In this document: positions 52,101-64,000 of the stretch, in pieces
Numbering within the stretch: position 1 is the stretch's first letter
How the letters are laid out: each line of letters starts with the position of its first letter
Origin: Tubulanus polymorphus
Lineage: Eukaryota; Animalia; Nemertea
Reading direction: 5' to 3'
Assembly: GCF_964204645.1 (NCBI RefSeq)
Contig: NC_134025.1
Span: forward strand, 62,001 to 126,000
Length of the DNA stretch: 64,000 nucleotides
Position numbers and translations under genes: made by a program
Notes under the pieces: model-generated
The model's database searches: none
What the model was told of the DNA's origin: nothing
The model's input: the letters and a program-made list of their open reading frames with translations, nothing else

Positions 52101-54029
52101 GGCTAATGACATTGTTTCAATCGCTAATTTTTCCATCAACTAATGCTTTATTTAATGAAACTATTTTCTTAATCAGTGAAGACTTTAAAAAGCCACATTT
52201 AAATAGAAATGATTCTAAATTTGTTTTATATAACTTTGAAAGAAAGAAAGCAGAAATTATTGTATACTGATTCTCAGAGGGTCGAGTGCCGGGGTTCTGA
52301 TGCTGAATAGAAGATGTATTAGGGTTCCGAGAGGGGATCCTCAGACGTTCGGGGATTCCGATTGACTCCGAGGGGGTGACCCGGGTTCGAATCTGATTCC
52401 AGTGATTGTTTTTACGATATGTACCCATCAACAATCTGGAAAATTCAGGTTTCAGAGTAGAATTTGATCCATTATTCTTCGCCTGAGAAAAGACGATTCC
52501 GGTTCATAGTCAAAAGACGAGGCCAATAAAACCCGTCAATGAACTCATGTATTGTTCTACAGTAGATGTATAATGCTCACTAATCCGATAATCCGCGGCA
52601 AAGAACGGATTAACGGAACACGTGGTATAATGAACGGGCACTATGTATTTGAGAAGGCGGGCACTGACTGTATTCATTAATCTTCGTCTCTCAGACTCGC
52701 TGCTGATTGAAGTATTGTATACACGAAACTCGTGTTATCTGTCAGTACGACTGTTTACTCACTTACCAGGGCCTGTCTGTAGCTGTCAATTACTTCTGCA
52801 GTTCGTCGCTCAAGTTTTAGTTTTCCTCGCAAATTTCTAATGATTTTCTATGTTATTAGTCTCTGATTACGAATGGTTTTTTGGCATCCAAAAATGTTTT
52901 GTGGTTCGAACCAAACTCTTTATTCTCAAATTCTGCTTTTTTTCCTTCAATTTTATTCGTTGATTCTAGATTCAATTGCAATCAATTCAGCGATTTGTTT
53001 GTTGTTCTATAACAGTTTTCATTCTAATATCGTTGAACTTGTTCAACTCGACTTCAGTTCAATATGAACTTTTGTGACGAGAATTTCACGGTTTATCTAA
53101 ACTTGTAGTCGTGGTGATGATAGGTTATTAATACCCCTCTCACTCGCCCCCTCCCTCACCCCCTCCCTCCCTCCCTCGCTCCCTCCCTCCCCCCTTGCTC
53201 TCCCCTCTCACTCCCTCTCCCCTCCCTCTCACTCCCTCCCTCGTTAACGGATCAGTTGAATCCCTGTTGCTTTTATTAAACACATGTGACAAATCGTTTA
53301 CAATTAAAATAACGTGTTTATTGTATAGTTTATTGCCGACCGATTAGTAACGACTAGCAATAAATGCCACTAGTGAGATTTATAACCCGGTAGTATCTGT
53401 GTATAGCGGCCTCCAATAGAAAACATGCTACGCGTTATTTATGTTTTACATAAGACATCGTTCGAAATGACGTGATGAATTAGTTTTTAATTTGGTAAAA
53501 CATGAGACGCGTGCTGCATGCATCTCTCTGTCTCTCCCTACCCCGATCACCCAGCTGCGAATAGTCGCATTGATTTCATAGTCACAACTTGAGATTTAAA
53601 CCCCGAAATGAGCAGCACAAAGAGGGCCATCAGATCATTGAATAAACCTCGTAGGGGGGCGGTATCCAGTCTGACAGTTATGGGAGGGTAGACGCATAAA
53701 ACGCGACTAGCTGATTGGTCGAGCTGGTGAGAGTGTTTATCGATATACTACGCGCGAGTGTGGAGGTCTTCTCGTAGTTACAGCTGAAACCCAGTGAAAG
53801 TATGATCTAAATACAACGTGTCTCCTCTTGACAGCGAGGACTTATCTATCTATAGTATCGTTTCACTAAAACGCGGAAACAAGAGGACGTTATGCGTGGT
53901 GGATAAGGCGAAGGTTAGGAATGTTGACGCCGCGGTGCGCAGCCTGTCAATCGTAGGTTTTACACAGAAAAGCTCATTTATCTTCTCACATAGTTCTGAA
54001 CGGCGTATTCACATCATCAGTCATTCAGT

Positions 54030-55751
54030 ATGGCAGCAGGTAGTGTCTGTGTACTATTATTAATGACATCTGTAATGTTCGTAGTCGCTAGTCGAAATAA
54101 AGACTCGGCCGATGTGAGAACGTGTGATCCTATTAATATCGAGATGTGTAAAGGATTAGGTTATAACGTGACGGGAATGCCGAATTTAGTTGGACACGAA
54201 TTACAACGTGAAGCCGAGTCTCAGTTGTTTACTTTCACGCCGTTAATTCAATACGGTTGCTCGAAACAGCTGAAATTCTTCCTATGTTCGGTTTATGTTC
54301 CGATGTGTACGGAGAAGGTACTGATGCCTATAGGACCGTGTAGACCGATGTGCGAGAATATCAAAAAACGATGTCAAACGGTTTTGACGTATTTTGGATT
54401 TCCGTGGCCGGCCGCGTTAAACTGTTCACAATTCCCGGCTAAAAACGATCAGAACAGTATGTGTATGGATGGACCTCCTATCGACGACGACCCGGATAAA
54501 GATGTCATGAACGCTCCGATCATTTTAACTAATAAACCGATTATTAATATCGATAATAATAATATAATTAATAATAATGATAAACCTGTTGAGGAGCGGA
54601 GCTGTTTGAACTATCGATATTCGAGCAAATATTTCTATATAAACAGAACAAATCGATGCGCTTTGATCTGCGGCGAAGACGCTTTATTTTCGAAGGATAA
54701 CAAACGTTTCGCAGATATTTGGATGATGATTTGGGCCGGAGTTTGTTTTCTATCCACTTTGTTAACTGTTCTAACGTTCATTATAGATTCGAGTAGGTTT
54801 AAATATCCGGAAAGGCCGATTATATTCCTGTCGATGTGTTACAATATTTATAGTATCGGTTACATCGTGAGATTGATCGCCGGTCGTGATGCGATCTCGT
54901 GTCACACAGATTCACCCAGTAATCGCAGGATTTTAATTCAAGAGGGACTGGAGAATACAGACTGCGCCATTGTCTTCTTATTACTGTATTATTTCGGAGC
55001 CGCTAGTTCTATTTGGTGGGTTATATTAACTCTAACCTGGTTGCTGTCGACAGGTTTGAAATGGGGCCACGAAGCGATCCAGATGCACAGTAGTTATTTT
55101 CACCTAGCCGCCTGGGCGATACCTGCTGTTAAAACTATTGTGATATTAGTTATGCGTAATGTTGATGCCGATGAACTAACTGGAATGTGTTTTGTAGGTA
55201 ATCAGGGTTTAGACGCTTTTATGGGATTCATTCTCGGACCTTCCATCGCCTATTTGATATTAGGCACGTCGTTTTTACTGGCCGGGTTTGTGGCGCTGTT
55301 TCGTATCCGTCGTCACGTAAAGAATGACGGTTTAAAGACTGATAAATTAGAAGTGTTGATGGTTCGTATCGGGGTATTCTCAGTTTTATATACAGTTCCC
55401 GCTACTTGTGTTATCGCTTGTTACGTGTACGAATACATGAATCGAGACTTATGGCTGAATTCACGCTCACCTGTTCAACCAAACTTTGAAATTTTCATGT
55501 TAAAAGTGTTTATGTCGTTAGTCGTCGGTATCACTAGCGGAATGTGGATTTGGACTTCGAAAACTTTGACATCGTGGAAAAATTTCTGTAGTCGAATTTG
55601 TTTCCGAAATCGACATAAAAGTAACATACCGAATCACGTACAGTATATACCGGCTAAACAGCAGTATCCACACAATCCTTACGCGTATCGAGGAACTATC
55701 AGGATGGATAAACCAAAACGCAGTAAATCCGGTAATGAGACCCCTGTGTGA
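54030..55751 (+). CDS. FZD4: Frizzled-4 type Wnt receptor, single exon
   Basis: Signal peptide, CRD ([42 protein letters not shown]), [13 protein letters not shown], 7TM, KTxxxW (KTLTSW) and ETPV PDZ ligand. Confidence 0.95.
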   Translation: MAAGSVCVLLLMTSVMFVVASRNKDSADVRTCDPINIEMCKGLGYNVTGMPNLVGHELQREAESQLFTFTPLIQYGCSKQLKFFLCSVYVPMCTEKVLMPIGPCRPMCENIKKRCQTVLTYFGFPWPAALNCSQFPAKNDQNSMCMDGPPIDDDPDKDVMNAPIILTNKPIINIDNNNIINNNDKPVEERSCLNYRYSSKYFYINRTNRCALICGEDALFSKDNKRFADIWMMIWAGVCFLSTLLTVLTFIIDSSRFKYPERPIIFLSMCYNIYSIGYIVRLIAGRDAISCHTDSPSNRRILIQEGLENTDCAIVFLLLYYFGAASSIWWVILTLTWLLSTGLKWGHEAIQMHSSYFHLAAWAIPAVKTIVILVMRNVDADELTGMCFVGNQGLDAFMGFILGPSIAYLILGTSFLLAGFVALFRIRRHVKNDGLKTDKLEVLMVRIGVFSVLYTVPATCVIACYVYEYMNRDLWLNSRSPVQPNFEIFMLKVFMSLVVGITSGMWIWTSKTLTSWKNFCSRICFRNRHKSNIPNHVQYIPAKQQYPHNPYAYRGTIRMDKPKRSKSGNETPV

Positions 55752-56927
55752 CAGTAACTAATACTGGCCTCACTTTATCCTGGCCTCACCCGCGCGGCCT
55801 CTCACGTTTCTTGCTGATTTTTCAAAGGTAATAATAATAATTTTGTACTAGCCTGGTTTAGGAGGTTGATGTTCAGGTCTTTCATCGAATTGAAATCAAT
55901 TTGTAAATAAAGAAAAACTTAAAAACTACCAAAATACTATCATTACTCGATGAGATGTATGTGAGGTGTATGTGAGGTGTATGTGAGTTGTATGTGAGGT
56001 GTATGTGAGATGTATGTGAGGTGTATGTGTGTGACCCTCGCTAGAAATAATCCTGACCCATAAACTCGTTATAAATCGAATGAAATCTATTCATAGCTCT
56101 GTTCCGTGATGGTTCTTTGAACTGGATTTGAAGACGGAGTCAAAGAATCGTTGACAGACAGACTGTTTAAAGTCGACCTGAATCGCCTGAATTAGCCCGA
56201 TAAATAATAATTACATTGTTAGAAAATATTCATAGAAAACCTTCCTTATTGTGCTGACTAAATTGAAACCCTTTCAGCGCCGCCTTTTATCGACAGTATG
56301 AACTAATATTAATACAATCAGATGTAGATGATATTTGAGGCTCACTCTCTTTACATGTTATATACATATGGCAAATATACGACTTTGATATTTTATCTTT
56401 TGATCAATGTATATTAAAGTTGCCGCTAGTCGCTGTGTTCTCGTACTTTGATTTTTATGATCGATAAACCTGTCAGATCAAGCTATTCTATGTTTTATCA
56501 GGGTATTATTTTAAATCAGTTTAGATGTTGATTTCTGCGTACACTTATCTTTACCGCAGTAAATCATAATTGAACTGGTTAAAACTGGTGGTTCGTTAAT
56601 GCAATAAATTACTATAAATACCAAATAGCGACTGTTTATAATGAATGAATAACGGGTTTGTATGACGAGTTTTAGTCATTGATTGGTCAGTTGCTAGAAT
56701 TGCGCTCATAACTTTTGGTCAGTTTTTGTTCTGTGGTTCGAATTAACCCTGTTTTATATTTATAAGTTATTATTATTTGTTTAAGCGGGGATACCCCCCC
56801 CTACACCCTTACCCTTCTTGGACTAGACTCCCAATAGCCATGAGCTCCAGTTTCACACTCGCGACCTAGTTGTTAGTTAGATTATGGAACCAATGGTTAT
56901 ACAGGTCACAAATCTGTCTTTAAGCTG

Positions 56928-57537
56928 TAAACTGTGCTACTGGGCTCAGGTTAAATCAGCTAACTGTGAAACTGGGCTCAGGTTAAATCAGCTAACTGTG
57001 AAACTGGGCTCAGGTTAAATCAGCTAACTGTGAAACTGGGCTCGGGTTAAATCAGCTAACTGTGAAACTGGGCTCAGGTTAGATCAGCTAACTGTGAAAC
57101 TGGGCTCAGGTTAAATCAGCTAACTGTGAAACTGGGCTCGGGTTAAATCAGCTAACTGTGAAACTGGGCTCAGGTTAAATCAGCTAACTGTGAAACTGGG
57201 CTCAGGTTAAATCAGCTAACTGTGAAACTGGGCTCGGGTTAAATCAGCTAACTGTGAAACTGGGCTCGGGTTAAATCAGCTAACTGTGAAACTGGGCTCG
57301 GGTTAAATCAGCTAACTGTGAAACTGGGCTCGGGTTAAATCAGCTAACTGTGAAACTGGGCTCCGGTTAAATTAGCTAACTGTGAAACTGGGCTCCGGTT
57401 AAATCAGCTAACTGTGAAACTGGGCTCGGGTTAAATCAGCTAACTGTGAAACTGGGCTCAGGTTAAATCAGCTAACTGTGCAACTGGGCTCAGGTTAAAT
57501 CAGCTAACTGTGAAACTGGGCTCAGGTTAAATCAGCT
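56928..57537. repeat. 32-bp minisatellite (aactgtgaaactgggctcaggttaaatcagct)n
   Basis: About 19 copies. Confidence 0.93.
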
Positions 57538-58103
57538 TGCACCTTTATACAAGGTGTAATTCTATAGCTTGTTCTCAATTCGGGGGATGTTTAATCAATT
57601 CTAACTTGTAGATTATGGTACAAAACAAACGAATTATTTTTAAAATACGCCTGAAGACGATTCTTGAGATCGATTTTAATTTCATTCACCAAAAAGAACA
57701 ATTTTGTAAATGTGTAAAATGAGTTTTAGTGATGAATTCAGTGATGCACATGTTGACTGTGAATTAAAATCAATAAATCAATCAGCCGATAAATCAATAG
57801 CGTTTCCTGTACATAACAACTGTTAACGGAACTCAGTCGACCGTTAAATTCAAATCTTTGAACCGTGACACCCTTTCCATCAACCTCGCATTCATGACGT
57901 CATTTTTACCATGACAATCACTTATTAATTATTTTGTCACTGGTACTAGTAAGGTATGATGACGTCATTGTAAGAGTGAGGCACTATTTTGCATAATGTT
58001 AAAAATCCAGTAAATTCTTCATGTTTGAAATGTGTATATTGAGGTGGTGTACATATAAACTGTATATAATAATTCATTGTGTTATACATGCACATGTACA
58101 TAC

Positions 58104-58147
<44 letters not shown>

Positions 58148-58265
58148 CTATCAAAATTCCTAATGATTATATATTTTGAAAACCGAACAAACAGGGTATA
58201 AATAAATAAAATAAATTAATTCATTAAATTCGTGGTTATTGTACAGTGTATTTGTGAATGATAAG

Positions 58266-58660
58266 GGATGAGGCATCCCCTCTCCGAGGAACCCCCGAAC
58301 GAGGAATCCCCGAACGTGTGAGGATCCCCTCTCCGAGGAACCCCGAACGAGGAACCCCCGAACGTGTGAGGATCCCCTCTCCGAGGAACCCCCGAACGAG
58401 GAACCCCCGAACGTGTGAGGATCCCCTCTCCGAGGAACAGTCAATCAGTCCACAGTCAGTCAGTCCACAGTCAGTCAGTCCACAGTCAGTCAGTCCACAG
58501 TCAGTCAGTCCACAGTCAGTCAGTCCACAGTCAGTCAGTCCACAGTCAGTCAGTCCACAGTCAGTCAGTCCACAGTCAGGAGTGAGTCCACAGTCAGTCA
58601 GTCAGTCAGTCCACAGTCAGTCAGTCCACAGTCAGGAGTCAGTCAGTCAATCAGTCAGTG
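58266..58660. repeat. Adjacent tandem repeats (ccccgaacgaggaa-type, then cagt/ccac microsatellite)
   Basis: Directly visible. Confidence 0.85.
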
Positions 58661-59055
58661 AGCTTCGGGTTGTTTTTGCTATGTAATGAATTAGATGTGT
58701 ATTATATTATATAGAGTTTGACAATCAGTCAGTGTTTGACCCTGACACGGTTTGTATGTGTGAATATATAGGATAAACCGCTGACAAACCACTGATAAAC
58801 CATTGATAAAACGACCAGTTATTGACAGACACGACTGATTCAATTTATCAGTTAATGTTTAATAAGTGTTAATCACTGGTAAAACGACATACTCTCAAGT
58901 GGTGACGTCACTCAAATCAGACAGCTCTCAAAGTAGACAGAGTGATTGGAATCAGACAGCTCTCGTTAAGTGAGATTCACATGTCTGTTATGTATCACGT
59001 TATTTGATGAAATGAACTGTGGCATGTGAGGATATCATGACACAGAATGATGGGC

Positions 59056-59233
59056 AGAGAGGGAGAGGGAGAGGGAGAGGGAGAGGGAGAGGGAGAGGGA
59101 GAGGGAGAGGGAGAGGGAGAGGGAGAGGGAGAGGGAGAGGGAGAGGGAGAGGGAGAGGGAGAGGGAGAGGGAGAGGGAGAGGGAGAGGGAGAGGGAGAGG
59201 GAGAGGGAGAGGGAGAGGGAGAGGGAGAGGGAG
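59056..59233. repeat. (GAGGGA)n microsatellite
   Basis: Perfect hexamer run. Confidence 0.97.
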
Positions 59234-59875
59234 AAGGGTAGAGAAGTTCAAATTCTTTCAAAATCCTCAAATCTTAATTTTCTTACTTCGATCACAAATA
59301 CCATGACGTCATATCCGGTTGTTGAGCACCCTGGACCGTAAACTCGGAAATTGCCGAACTGATTTCGGTAGATTCCGGAATCGCCTCGAGACCAGGCGAC
59401 AATTCGATGACGATTTGAACGACGAAGAAAAACAAACAGTTTTTAATTACTTTCAGAAAAATCATTAAAAACTCAATTCGATTTTGTTGATTTTTGTAGA
59501 TTACTTTTTAAATTAGATTTTTACGCCCGGTCTGCACCGAATCGAGAATAGAAGGCACCTCTGGCACGTAGGGCTGGTTATAAGTGAAATGAAGGATTGT
59601 TTCAGGCGACACACGTCGCAGTACACGCTGTGCCTTCGAGCAGCTACAAAGAGACGTCTTGGAAAGAAAATTAAAAATTCCCAGCATCACGTGTGTTTGA
59701 ATAGACCAATCAGAGCGTGATTAATTTCTCTTTGATGTTACCGCCACATTCTAATTGCCACAATTACAGGAGGAACTTTAACTACTGTCGGTGCCCCATC
59801 ACTGCTGCTGCTGCTGCGTAGGAATACATGTCACCTCAAAAATCATTTGGAATTTGGACTTCGAACAACTGAGTA

Positions 59876-60618
59876 ATGACTAGTGACGTCACAATACACC
59901 TTCTCCTCACACTGTCTGTCCTCACTGGAGTCACCCTACAGTCGGCTGTTGCTGCTGGAGTCACCCTGCAGTCGGCTGCTACTGGAGTCACCCCTAAAGC
60001 CCTGGAGAATGTTGCGTCGGTGACAACTGAATCGTTTCTATGGTTACCAAACAGGTAAAAAGAATTTGACAACAAAAACTCGAGACATTTAGTGCTCGGG
60101 GTTATAAGAGGCTCAGAGAGAGAGGAAGAGAGAGTGAGTGACTTGAGGAAGAGAGAGTGAGTGACTTGAGGAAGAGAGAGTGAGTGACTTGAGGAAGAGA
60201 GACTGAGTGACTTGAGGAAGAGAGACTGAGTGACTTGAGGAAGAGAGACTGAGTGACTTGAGGAAGAGATTGATTTAAGGGTCCTGAGTCCTTGGTGCAA
60301 GGGTGGGTCCCGTGTCGCCGTATCCCTGTGGCCCGGGTCCACGAGTATCTGAGTGTCGGGTCCGGGTCCACGAGTCCTTGAGTGTCGGGTCCGGGTCCAC
60401 GAGTCCCTGAGTGTCGGGTCCGGGTCCACGAGTTCTTGAGTGTCAGGTCCAATTGGAAGCGGTCTGAACTACACATGAACTTTTTGTATCCACATGCATT
60501 AAATGATGATATCACGTTTGTTTCGTGTCACTTGTATTTACAGCAGTCTGACATTGACACACGTAGAACAGAGTATAGTGTCACTAACACAGGTGGAACA
60601 GAGTTTAATGTAAAATGA
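59876..60618 (+). CDS. Possible small secreted protein or gene remnant (exons 59876-60054 and 60447-60618)
   Basis: Signal-peptide-like IHLLLTLSVLTG; donor ag|gtaaaa is phase-compatible with acceptor tgtcag|gtcc. No family recognised. Confidence 0.3.
60115..60270. repeat. 23-bp minisatellite (gagtgacttgaggaagagaga(g/c)t)n
   Basis: About 6 copies. Confidence 0.88.
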
Positions 60619-61421
60619 GTCACAGTAAAACTGAAGGTCGAACACAGGTGCGCCCCACGCCCCGCCACCCCGCGCCCCGCCACCCCGCCGCCCCGCCACC
60701 CCACCACCCCGCCACCCTACAGTCATCTGTACTTAACTTTTTGTCACCAAAATGTTAGATTTAGGAAAAGGTTTTCAGTTATTAATGATTTATTCTAACA
60801 GTTGTATTGCTAAGACAGGTTTTGGAAGTTTGCAGAAAGTGTTCTAATTTAATGAGTGGACTGGTGGGCTGGTGTGGGCTAGTGGGCTGGTGGGCTAGTG
60901 GTGGGCCACCCGTTATTTGTCTGGATCCCAGTTTTGTAGCTCGATGTTTCACTGGTTCCATCAACTTCTCTCTATGTTTATACCATTCAACTCGGCACAT
61001 TTTATCTATACTATCGGGGTTCCAATTTCTCCCAGCCAGTTTTCACTAAGCAATCTCTGATTGCTAGCGCATTGCTGTATACATAGCAATATAGAATTGC
61101 ATTCTCAGGCTGGGAATACTTTAATTCTGACAGTGAATGTAGGCTTCTCACAGCTGGTTCGATACTGATATCCACGACTTCAGTTTCTTTACTTGTCATT
61201 TCGTTTACATGATCTCCATCAAACCTGTGGAGATTCTATTAAAAGCCTACTGTGTAACACAGCAGCGAAACACCGTGTAAACCGGCATGAACGCCGCACA
61301 GACCGAACCATCATCACTTTACCTATAGAAAATAATGTATCTGTTTTAAAGAGATTTCACTCTCTCTCTCAACTGAAGATTTGTTGCCCGGTTAGAAAGG
61401 AACTTATATCTGGATTAAGAT

Positions 61422-63260
61422 AAGAGCTCTGAGAAGAACCGCAGAAAGAAACTCTGTTATTGTCAGGATTTAAAAACCACTGATAGAAACTGTCAGGATT
61501 TCCATTTGTCGGGGTGCAGAGCTCAGAGGAGAACCACAGAAAGAAACTCTGTCACTGTCAGGATTCAAACTATTAATTGTCGGGGGTGGAGAGCTCAGAG
61601 AAGAACTACAGAAAGAAACTCTGTCACTGTCAGGATTCAAACTATCAATTGTCGGGGGTGGAGAGCTCAGAGGAGAACCACAGAAAGAAACTCTGTCACT
61701 GTCAGGATTCAAACTATCAATTGTCGGGGGTGGAGAGCTCAGAGAAGAACCACAGAAAGAAACTCTGTCACTGTCAGGATTCAAACTATTAATTGTCGGG
61801 GGTGGAGAGCTCAGAGAAGAACTACAGAAAGAAACTCTGTCACTGTCAGGATTCAAACTATCAATTGTCGGGGGTGGAGAGCTCAGAGGAGAACCACAGA
61901 AAGAAACTCTGTCACTGTCAGGATTCAAACTATCAATTGTCGGGGGTGGAGAGCTCAGAGAAGAACTACAGAAAGAAACTCTGTCACTGTCAGGATTCAA
62001 ACTATCAATTGTCGGGGGTGGAGAGCTCAGAGAAGAACCACAGAAAGAAACTCTGTCACTGTCAGGGTTCAAACTATCAATTGTCGGGGGTGGAGAGCTC
62101 AGAGGAGAACCACAGAAAGAAACTCTGTCACTGTCAGGGTTCAAACTATCAATTGTCGGGGGTGGAGAGCTCAGAGAAGAACTACAGAAAGAAACTCTGT
62201 CAGTGTCAGGATTCAAACTATCAATTGTCGGGGGTGGAGAGCTCAGAGAAGAACTACAGAAAGAAACTCTGTCACTGTCAGGATTCAAACTATCAATTGT
62301 CGGGGTGCAGAGCTCAGAGGAGAACCACAGAAAGAAACTCTGTCAGTGTCAGGATTCAAACTATCAATTGTCGGGGGTGGAGAGCTCAGAGAAGAACTAC
62401 AGAAAGAAACTCTGTCAGTGTCAGGATTCAAACTATCAATTGTTGGGGGTGGAGAGCTCAGAGGAGAACCACAGAAAGAAACTCTGTCAGTGTCAGGATT
62501 CAAACTATCAATTGTCGGGGGTGGAGAGCTCAGAGAAGAACTACAGAAAGAAACTCTGTCACTGTCAGGATTCAAACTATCAATTGTTGGGGGTGGAGAG
62601 CTCAGAGGAGAACCACAGAAAGAAACTCTGTCAGTGTCAGGATTCAAACTATCAATTGTCGGGGGTGGAGAGCTCAGAGAAGAACCACAGAAAGAAACTC
62701 TGTCACTGTCAGGATTCAAACTATCAATTGTCGGGGGTGGAGAGCTCAGAGAAGAACTACAGAAAGAAACTCTGTCAGTGTCAGGATTCAAACTATCAAT
62801 TGTCGGGGGTGGAGAGCTCAGAGAAGAACTACAGAAAGAAACTCTGTCACTGTCAGGATTCAAACTATCAATTGTCGGGGTGCAGAGCTCAGAGGAGAAC
62901 CACAGAAAGAAACTCTGTCAGTGTCAGGATTCAAACTATCAATTGTCGGGGGTGGAGAGCTCAGAGAAGAACTACAGAAAGAAACTCTGTCACTGTCAGG
63001 ATTCAAACTATCAATTGTTGGGGGTGGAGAGCTCAGAGGAGAACCACAGAAAGAAACTCTGTCAGTGTCAGGATTCAAACTATCAATTGTCGGGGGTGGA
63101 GAGCTCAGAGAAGAACTACAGAAAGAAACTCTGTCACTGTCAGGATTCAAACTATCAATTGTCGGGGGTGGAGAGCTCAGAGGAGAACCACAGAAAGAAA
63201 CTCTGTCACTGTCAGGATTCAAACTATCAATTGTCGGGGCTGGAGAGCTCAGAGAAGAAG
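61422..63260. repeat. 63-bp minisatellite, about 28 copies
   Basis: gagctcagagaagaactacagaaagaaactctgtcactgtcaggattcaaactatcaattgtcgggggtgga with occasional 61-bp variants; explains the long multi-frame ORFs. Confidence 0.95.
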
Positions 63261-63699
63261 CACGGAAAGTAAAACTCTTGTCAGTGTCAGTGTTAGCGGG
63301 GATTGAGAAGTATAAACTACTGTATTACATGATGTCTATAGTCAACACTTATCACATTCCACTGTTACAAACATCACCACTTTACAAACTCTGATAAACT
63401 AAACCACTTTACAACTCATAAAAATCAGCTAACGATGTTTATCAGTGTCTTGCTGCTTATAGGTGAAAGATGTATATGACCAGTTTAACTTTGACTCCGG
63501 GCTAGTTCTATCAAAGTAGTCCGGAGTATGTTAGGGATATCTTTCTCAAACAAGAGTTGCATCAAAAACCTTTCTTTTAGTAAAACCAACCCTCGGATTG
63601 AGGAGGAAGTAAGACGTGTTGACTCATTAGCACACGTCATCAGTGTGACGTCACTAAGTGAAAGGACACACAGGTATATCGTGTATCGGTATGCGTGAG

Positions 63700-63800
63700 A
63701 TGCTGCCGGTGCTGCTGCTGCTGCTGCTGCTGCTGCTACTGCCGCCGCCGCTGCTGCTGCTGCTACTGCTACTGCTGCTGCTGCTGCTGGTGCTGGTGCT
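63700..63800. repeat. Interrupted (GCT)n microsatellite
   Basis: Directly visible. Confidence 0.85.
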
Positions 63801-64000
63801 GTGTGAGTTGAACAGGTGTGGTGCCGATTCTCTCTAAAATACTTGATCTCTTCTCAAAAACAAATCGTTGAAGCTGAAAAACCAAACAGCAGAGTAAAAT
63901 CGCTGACTCATGCTTACAATACAATCAAATAACGCGCGAATCCTGGTTAATGGGGGAGGGGAAGGGGAGGAGGGAGGGAGGGGGACAGTGAATTGTATCT

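Noticed and set aside
61470-63394. 500-590 aa repeat proteins
   Set aside because: Open in several frames on both strands because the unit is 63 bp; frame-shifting 61-bp variants argue against coding constraint.

Overview
Eukaryotic, intron-rich, gene-dense window from an animal, probably a marine invertebrate (inferred from short AT-rich GT-AG introns, TTAGGG-type repeats and the gene set). Recognisable multi-exon genes, left to right: WDR92/DNAAF10 (-), CEBPZ/Mak21 (-), glycogen phosphorylase (+), MRPS5 (-), holocarboxylase synthetase HLCS (+), sialate O-acetylesterase (+), a divergent copine (+), an uncharacterised gene with Mn-like motifs (-), a Ly6/three-finger gene (+) and RNA ligase RLIG1/C12orf29 (-). 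These are followed by intronless Frizzled-4 (+) and a weakly supported secreted-protein gene. Most long ORFs in the track are translations of intronic minisatellites. The most unusual signals are: (1) many intronic tandem arrays built from copies of the adjacent exon-intron junction, producing up to tens of decoy donors or acceptors, some in frame and some of AG|GT recursive type; (2) a hairpin-plus-76-bp-satellite element present twice in apparent flip/flop configurations and carrying CTCF-like motifs; (3) a 146-bp telomere-motif satellite sharing its motif with a tRNA-derived SINE-like tail; (4) a ~500-bp foldback flanked by 32-bp direct repeats. Gene calls come from manual translation and recalled family motifs, with no database search. 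Repeat boundaries and copy numbers are approximate.
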